Below, piece by piece: positions 56,098 through 64,000 of a stretch of 64,000 bases of DNA. The position numbers and the translations under genes were made by a program. Origin of the DNA: Octopus vulgaris. Taxonomy: Eukaryota. The stretch lies in contig OX597822.1 in NCBI GenBank assembly GCA_951406725.2, forward strand, positions 102,734,001-102,798,000. The letters run 5' to 3'. The notes under the pieces were generated by a model that saw only the letters and a list, made by a program, of their open reading frames with translations, was not told the origin of the DNA and made no database searches. Each line of letters begins with the position of its first letter. Position 1 is the first letter of the stretch.

Positions 56098-56211
56098 ATT
56101 GTTACAAGGGGGGAAAAAACTGACAGTAACTTCGAAGTTTCGGCAAGTCTAAATGACGGCTTTTAAACCGAAAGTTCGAAGTTACTGCCAACATATTTCC
56201 TTAGTAACAAT
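56098..56211. repeat. Inverted repeat / hairpin
   Basis: CAGTAACTTCGAAGTTTCGG (56124-56143) vs CCGAAAGTTCGAAGTTACTG (56168-56187), one mismatch; outer ATTGTTAC/GTAACAAT; a third copy of the arm at 55641-55660. Confidence 0.75.
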
Positions 56212-56328
56212 TAATAAATGGTACCAATGCTAAAGCACTAAAAAGTATTGTGTGATCTTTAGATTTTAATGCACAAGTGTTTTGTTATATATACACCTCA
56301 CATAAAAACAAATATATCTGTATATATA

Positions 56329-56456
56329 CAGGGTGTCCCCAAAAAATGCATACACATAGTGGTTCGGCAAAAGAGAACGATAGAATAAGTACTAGGCTTA
56401 CAAAGAATAACAAATTTACAATTATTTAAGGTGTGTATACATTTTTTTGGGACACC

Positions 56457-56459
<3 letters not shown>
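56329..56459. mobile_element. Tc1/mariner-type MITE containing a SINE A fragment
   Basis: TA|CAGGGTGTCCCCAAAAAATGCATACAC ... GTGTATACATTTTTTTGGGACACCCTG TIRs; interior GGTTCGGCAAAAGAGA.CGATAGAATAAGTACTAGGCTTACAAAGAATAA. Confidence 0.8.
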
Positions 56460-56509
<50 letters not shown>

Positions 56510-57099
56510 CGTATATTTAGCGAAAAATATTAATATATACACATTTCTATTAAACACCCAGATAACTATATATAGTTATTCTTGACGAAAAATGAGTGGT
56601 AGGTAACAATATGGGTCTGAATGAAATAAACTGTATAGAGATGTAGATGTGTGTAAAAAAAAAGGCTTAATGCGTGTATGTGTGTGTATGGTTGTATACA
56701 TAATTACATGTGTGTAGAAAAGAAATTTATATATATATGCGTCTGCGTTGTTTAAAATCCTCAAATTATGCAGTACTAAAGCACCCTGTGATAGAAGGTG
56801 CGCCCGGCAAGGCCACAATGTCTTCTACTGTGCAATATGTGTTTTGGGACAACATTAGTACTCAAAGATTCTAGATGGAGGAGTAAAAATTTAATGAGGA
56901 TTTAGCTACTGTTAAGAGCAGGTCGAGTGGCTACTAGGTTCTATTCCCGTAAGAGATATACATGAACACATATTTACAAACATATATATATATATATATA
57001 TATAAGGACAATGATGACATACATATATTTCTATATATACACATATATACATATATTCATATATGCACAAATATATGTACTCACACATACATGTATATA

Positions 57100-57270
57100 C
57101 ATCAGCATCGTTTAACGTCCGCTTTCCATACTAGCATGGGTTGGACGATTTGACTGAGGTCTGGCGAACCAGATGGCTGCACCAGACTCCAATCTGATCT
57201 GGCAGAGTTTCAACAGCTGGATGCCCTTCCTAACACCAACCACCCCGTGAGTGCAGTGGGTGCTTTTACG
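57100..57270 (-). mobile_element. SINE family B 3' fragment
   Basis: CATCGTTTAACGTCC tail and central motif. Confidence 0.85.
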
Positions 57271-57271
57271 T

Positions 57272-57818
57272 TCATATATATATATATATATTCACAAATA
57301 CATACATATATACAAATATATGTTATATAAACATACATATATTACACATATATCACAATATATATATACATATATACACACATATACATATATATATATA
57401 CAAATATATACATATATACACACATATACATACATATATATACACACACATATACATATATATATACACAAATATATATATGTATGCACAAATATATACA
57501 CATATATAAGCATATATATACACACATATATAAATATATATACACACGTACACACACATATATACGTATATACGCACACATACATATGCACACACACATA
57601 TACACATGTGTATATATATATATTTGGGACGATTCGTTTATTTTTGGTAGTAATGACTTTTAAAGTCCCTCCTAGCGTGTGGCATTTATGTGTAATAATG
57701 CCCTCTATATAATATATATATATATATATATATACTCATACATATATACATATACGTATATGCATGTATTTAATATATATGTATACATACATGTATATGC
57801 ACATATGTATTTATATAC

Positions 57819-57860
<42 letters not shown>

Positions 57861-57870
57861 ACACACACAG
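57272..57870. repeat. Degenerate (TA)/(CA) microsatellite tract
   Basis: Read directly. Confidence 0.9.
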
Positions 57871-58396
57871 AGGGGTGTTGACGCGTGCTTATGAAATCTA
57901 CAGATTGCATGAATGAATCTTATCAAGACGCAGATGTATTAATTATAATTACCAGTGTTTTAAGATTCGATGTGTGTAAACAAATCAGTTTTGATATATG
58001 TAGGTGAGTGTGTATGTAATATGACGAACATGCTATATAATGCTATACTCAGAGTGAGTAAACAAGCTTCAGGTCAGAAAGAAATAGTCTGCGGAGGAAG
58101 GGAAAGAATCGAGTGTCGACTTCCATTGAACGACTCGGAGGGAACTTGCTTTCAGTTTCGAAATAATAATAGTCGGGGGGGATATTCTTTTTTTTTTCAC
58201 CTACAAACAATCACCTTTGTCTGCTCTTGAATTTTTTTATTAACTTCATAACTTCTTTAAAAGACCATTCATTCATAAGCGACCCGTATAAACAACATTT
58301 CCATCATTAGAAGTGGGGGGGGAAGGACTAGAAAGCAAATCAAATACATTAACAATTTTTATCTATCTCTCTTAATTGTGTTTAAACACCAAAGCT

Positions 58397-58590
58397 TTAT
58401 ATATATATATATATATACATATATATATACATACATATATACATATATATATATACATATATATATATACATATATATATATACATATATATATATACAT
58501 ATATATATATACATATATATATATACATATATATATATACATATATATACATATATATACATATATACATATATACACATATAACATATA

Positions 58591-58662
<72 letters not shown>

Positions 58663-58693
58663 TATATACATATATATATACATATATATATAC

Positions 58694-58724
<31 letters not shown>

Positions 58725-58847
58725 CATATATATATACATATATACATATATATATACATACATATATATATATACATATATATACATATGTATGTATATA
58801 CATATATATATTTATATTTATATATATATATATGTGTGTGTGTGTGT
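58397..58847. repeat. (TA)n/(CATATA..)n microsatellite
   Basis: Read directly. Confidence 0.95.
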
Positions 58848-58848
58848 A

Positions 58849-59034
58849 TTATAATTAGGGTTCAGCAACGATTTGCTTTACCACATACCGAAGTTTAGAA
58901 ATAGCAGCTATTTCCTCTACTTTAAAAAAGAGATTCCCGGACAAAAAAGGAAATAGCTAAGTCTCTCTCTCTGGCTGCTATTTCTAAACTTCGGTATGTG
59001 GTAGAGCAAATCTTTGCTGAACACCTAATTATAA
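58849..59034. mobile_element. Fold-back element (MITE-like), ~60-bp arms
   Basis: 58849-58908 pairs with 58974-59034 with ~3 differences; inner AGCTATTTCC/GGAAATAGCT pair as well. Confidence 0.8.
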
Positions 59035-59139
59035 AATATTACTTAAGTTTACCGAGAAATGGTCCCTTTTCATGCCGAATTCTACTTGGTGAAACTATTG
59101 ATTACTAGTTAATTAATTAATTTTACCCTTTGTTATTAT

Positions 59140-59186
<47 letters not shown>

Positions 59187-59541
59187 TCAAGACTACAGGA
59201 CTATAAAATCTATCAATTTTCTTCACTGTTGTCTACATGTATTACAGCTATAAATGTGTGTGTGTGTGTCTATTGCACTGGCCAAAATACTGCGATGTTA
59301 TTAAAGACAAGACTATCAGTTTTCTTTATAGCAGCAAATTACAAAATACTTGTTGTTTACACCTTAATTTCATATTTTATTTTTTTTTTAAATATTAGCT
59401 TTAATAAACAATTACAAGAAAACAATCAGAAACAGAATACGAAAACATCACGTGTACATTGATAGACATATAGGTGTATATAGCCTATATGTGTTTAAGC
59501 ATATATATAGTGTATATGTGTTATATATATATATATATATA

Positions 59542-59726
59542 TTATAGAAGGAGCTTCTACAGGACTAGAACTGTTTCATTCAAATGAAATCATCAGGCTT
59601 CCTGATGATTTCATTTGAATGAAACAGTTCTAGTCCTGTAGAAGCTCCTTCTATAAAATAAATTAATTTACTCTGCCATGTATTGAGTACCTTATTTACT
59701 GTGGTTAACCCCGACTCAACCCGGGA

Positions 59727-59730
<4 letters not shown>
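59542..59730 (+). mobile_element. Penelope-like pLTR remnant with an inverted 5' copy, forming a perfect palindrome (56-bp arms, 3-nt loop)
   Basis: 59542-59597 is the exact reverse complement of 59601-59656; unique tail to ~59730; (TA)n on both sides; contains an HHR. Confidence 0.75.
59597..59645 (+). ncRNA. Type I hammerhead ribozyme motif
   Basis: Stem I GCUUC/GAAGC; CUGAUGA 59602-59608; stem II UUC-AUUU-GAA; GAAA 59621-59624; stem III ACAG/CUGU with 8-nt loop; GUA cleavage triplet ending 59640. The base of stem II is U-U rather than the usual R-Y pair. Confidence 0.7.
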
Positions 59731-59786
<56 letters not shown>

Positions 59787-60507
59787 ATATATATATTATA
59801 TTATATATAAACATAGACTATATATAGTACAGACATTGTAGATCATTACTGATGATTTACTAAAATTTAATTGACATTACAGGTAAAGAAGGTGGAGATT
59901 GCTGAGCAAATCGGCTTCTTTTAGTTTATAATTTCCCAAGCTACAATGCAATAAAAAAACATCAATAAATGTTTATGTAACATCAATGAAAGAAATTATG
60001 CTGTTACATATAATAATAATAATAATAACAAATAAGGTGTAAAGAGGAAGGATCTAAGATATCATTACAATATTGTAATAACTGTAATTGACGATATTGT
60101 ATTAATATGAGTTTCATAATTGTTTATAAAGTTGATTAAATGCAACAATCACTTCTTCTAATGAAACCTCAGGAACAAAGACTGCCACACACCTTTTCGT
60201 TTGATTAATATCTTTTCTTTTTTTTTTTTTTGCAGGTAAAAAACTATGGTTAATGTTTACACCTTATTATAGTAATTAGTTTGTTTTTTTTTTCTTGTTT
60301 TATTTATTTTAATGTTTTGTTCTGGGAGGAGAGATATTATTTGTCATTGATGGGGTTTTTTTTTTTTCATATATAAATATAAATATAACATAAGATTCAC
60401 TTCCTCTCACCAATAATAATACTTTGAAGAAGAGAAATAACTTCCTGTAATCTCATTCTCTTATAAACTCTTTTTTCTATCAGGCTTTCATAGACAGGAA
60501 CGATTTG

Positions 60508-60514
<7 letters not shown>

Positions 60515-60549
<35 letters not shown>

Positions 60550-60571
60550 GCATATATATATACATATACAT

Positions 60572-60603
<32 letters not shown>

Positions 60604-60605
60604 AA

Positions 60606-60696
<91 letters not shown>

Positions 60697-60762
60697 CACA
60701 CACATATATATACACACACATATATATATACACACACACATATATATATATATACACACACA

Positions 60763-60810
<48 letters not shown>

Positions 60811-60813
60811 CAT

Positions 60814-60848
<35 letters not shown>

Positions 60849-60851
60849 CAT

Positions 60852-60886
<35 letters not shown>

Positions 60887-60889
60887 CAT

Positions 60890-60924
<35 letters not shown>

Positions 60925-61049
60925 CACACACATATATATATATACATACATACATATATACACACACACACACACATATATATATATACACATATATATA
61001 TACACACACACACACATATATATATATATACACATATATATATACACAC

Positions 61050-61086
<37 letters not shown>

Positions 61087-61114
61087 CATGCACGTGTGTG
61101 TGTGTGTGTGTATA
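60515..61114. repeat. Compound (TA)n(CA)n microsatellite
   Basis: Read directly. Confidence 0.95.
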
Positions 61115-61323
61115 TAAAGAATACAAGGGTCTGGTTGAGGTACAGACAAGGCAAGCAGCGATTGAGGAGTGTCTTATAACCAAAATTTAAAGGGGAAAAA
61201 AAATAGATGTGAACATAAAATTACACCCAAATAACCAGAGGTGGTCTTCTTATTCATTAAACACAGACCCTTAACTATTTCGCAATCGGAATACATTGCT
61301 TCAAATAAATTATATATACATAC

Positions 61324-61362
<39 letters not shown>

Positions 61363-61765
61363 GCTAAGGCAAGAAGCAGATTTTTTTTCGCAGATTTAGA
61401 CAATTAAGCATTAAAATATAAACAGATGTATATATGTGCATAAATAAAAAATATATATATTGTACCTATTGCTAGAATTATCATCGTAATTATTTATTTA
61501 GATGGAATAAAACTTACCAAGAGTGAAGATTGCCTTTCTGCTGACATTTAATTCACGGAGACTTTGTGGGAAATAACGTCACGATTGCAGAATCGGCACT
61601 GGACGTTCAAGTATGGAAGACCAGTTATATCATCATCATCACCCACCCCAGAAATTGTTTTTTTATCAGTGAAACTTAATTTAATTTCTTCTCATTTATA
61701 AATCACTGTATTATTTATGGACAGCAGTGGTATTTTGCTCGAATATTTGAAGAGGATATTTTAAG

Positions 61766-62153
<388 letters not shown>

Positions 62154-62740
62154 ATCATCATCATCATCGTTTAACGTCCGCTTTCCATGCTAGCATGGGT
62201 TGGACGGTTCAACTGGGGTCTGGCAAGCTCGAAGGCTGCACCAGGCCAGTCAGATCTGGCAGTTTTTCTACAGCTGGATGCCCTTCCTAACGCCAACCAC
62301 TCCGAGAGTGTAGTGGGTGATTTTATGTGCCACCGACACAGGTGCCAGATGAGGCTGGCAGACGGCCACGCTCGGATGGTGATTTTATGTGCCACCGACA
62401 CAGGTGCCAGACGAGGCTGGCAGACGGCCACGCTCGGATGGTGTTTTTTATGTGCCACCGACACAGGTGCCAGACGAGGTTGGCAGACGGCCACGCTCGG
62501 ATGGTGTTTTCTTATGTGCCACCGACACAGGTGCCAGACGAGGCTGGTGAACGGCCACGCTCGGTTGGTGTTTGTTACGTGCCCTCAGCACGGAGGCCAG
62601 TCGATGCGGTACTGGCTACGGTCACATTCGGATGGTTTTCTTATGTGCCACCGGCACTGGTACCACAAGGATACAAATTCCATTGATGTTCATCTATTTT
62701 GATTTGGTTTGATTTGATTTTGATTTTGATTTCACTTGCC
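62154..62740 (-). mobile_element. SINE family B, long copy with an expanded ~61-bp internal VNTR
   Basis: (CAT)n tail, central motif, four near-identical GTGCCACCGACACAGGTGCCAGACGAGGCTGGCAGACGGCCACGCTCGGATGGTG units at 62327-62575. Confidence 0.9.
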
Positions 62741-62776
62741 TATATATATATATATATATGCATGTATGTGTATGTA

Positions 62777-62832
<56 letters not shown>

Positions 62833-62846
62833 CATGTATGTATGTA

Positions 62847-62889
<43 letters not shown>

Positions 62890-63372
62890 TTGTATGTATG
62901 TATGTAGATAGATGGATAGATAGATATCAATTTGTCTATCTCTCCATCTGTATACTCATCTATGTAACTATGTGTCTGTATATCTATCAGTTTATCTGTC
63001 TACCTGTCAGTCTATTTGTCTATCAATCTCACTCTTTAAATGTATGCATCTATCAAATTGCAATATTTCTAAGAGTAATTAATGCTTAATTAAAATGAAT
63101 ACCTGGCTTATTTTTACAATTAATTTAATATCATTAAATAGCATCATATATTTTCTTCAAATAGTCTAGGTTAATTAAATAGAAATTAATATTCTCAATT
63201 AAAATAAACAATGAAATATTTTTTAGCAAAAATATCTTTAAAGTTCTGGAAAATTACTAAGTGGGTGTCTGTATATGCATGCATATGTACATGCATGTGT
63301 GTGTGCATACACTGGCAAAAAAATGAGATATGTGAATGATATAAATATGTATATAATCACATATATATATAT

Positions 63373-63680
63373 CACCATCATTGTTTAACGTCTGCTTTCC
63401 ATGCTAGCATGGGTTGGATGATTTTGACTATGGGCTGGCGAACCAGATGGCTGTACCAGGCTTCAATCTCAATCTGGCAGAGTTTCTACAGCTGGATGCC
63501 CTTCCTAACGCCAGCCACTCTGATAATGTAGTGGGAGCTTTTATGTGCCAGTCAGGCGGCACTGGCAACAACCTTGCTCGAATCTTTTACACATGCCACC
63601 GGCGCAGGTGCCAGTAAGGCGATGCTGGTAACAATCACTCTCGAATGGTGTTTTTTACATGCCACTGGCACGGAGGCCAG
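63373..63680 (-). mobile_element. SINE family B, 5'-truncated
   Basis: Tail, central motif and internal units. Confidence 0.85.
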
Positions 63681-64000
63681 ATGTATATATATATATATAT
63701 ATACACAACAGAACAAATAGTGAGGATTTATCAATCCAGGCAAAATATTTCATAAGCCCTCTGATGGCTGTGGTAGGGTCCAAAGTTATTTTGTTCATCA
63801 CAATTTTATATTGTAAATCCACAGATGGGCTCTAGACAAACTGATTTTCACAGATTGACATATAAGAAACAAGTTATAAATAAAGGTCATTATATATATT
63901 TCTTTTATTGGAACAAATTTGGCTAATTGCTGTTTCAAGTAGTCATTATCGGTATATTACTGATGAGTTTACTCAGTCGATTGATCAGTTGAGGAAAATT

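Noticed and set aside
56129-56183. Heat-shock element
   Set aside because: TTC and GAA are adjacent rather than spaced nGAAnnTTCnnGAAn; only two pentamers are in register.
63960-64000. CTGATGAG possible hammerhead core (also 13173, 13468, 59849)
   Set aside because: No properly placed stem II/GAAA/stem III/NUH combination.

Overview
AT-rich, microsatellite-dense metazoan DNA. The SINE families and (TA)n/(CA)n load look like octopus (inferred from repeat content, not from a database search). No long ORF is credible: the long ORF-track entries are dinucleotide-repeat artefacts. About 1-44 kb reads as the CpG-poor, mostly intronic body of an unidentified minus-strand gene, with a CpG-retaining 5'/promoter zone at about 44-56 kb (YY1, GC-box and ETS motifs, strong minus-strand splice donor at 54801) and a few weak candidate exons. 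Repeats include four or more SINE families, RTE and CR1/L2-type LINE fragments, TTAA piggyBac-type MITEs, two non-autonomous Helitron families, a Tc1/mariner MITE and a nested Tigger4-like pogo element. The most interesting signal is a set of fold-back elements carrying hammerhead-ribozyme (HHR) cores, as known for Penelope-like element pLTRs and retrozymes: a complete type I HHR inside a perfect 56-bp palindrome (59542-59656), a 535-bp fold-back with two HHR-like cores (314-849), and a six-unit tandem array of apparently HHR-derived units (51700-52790).
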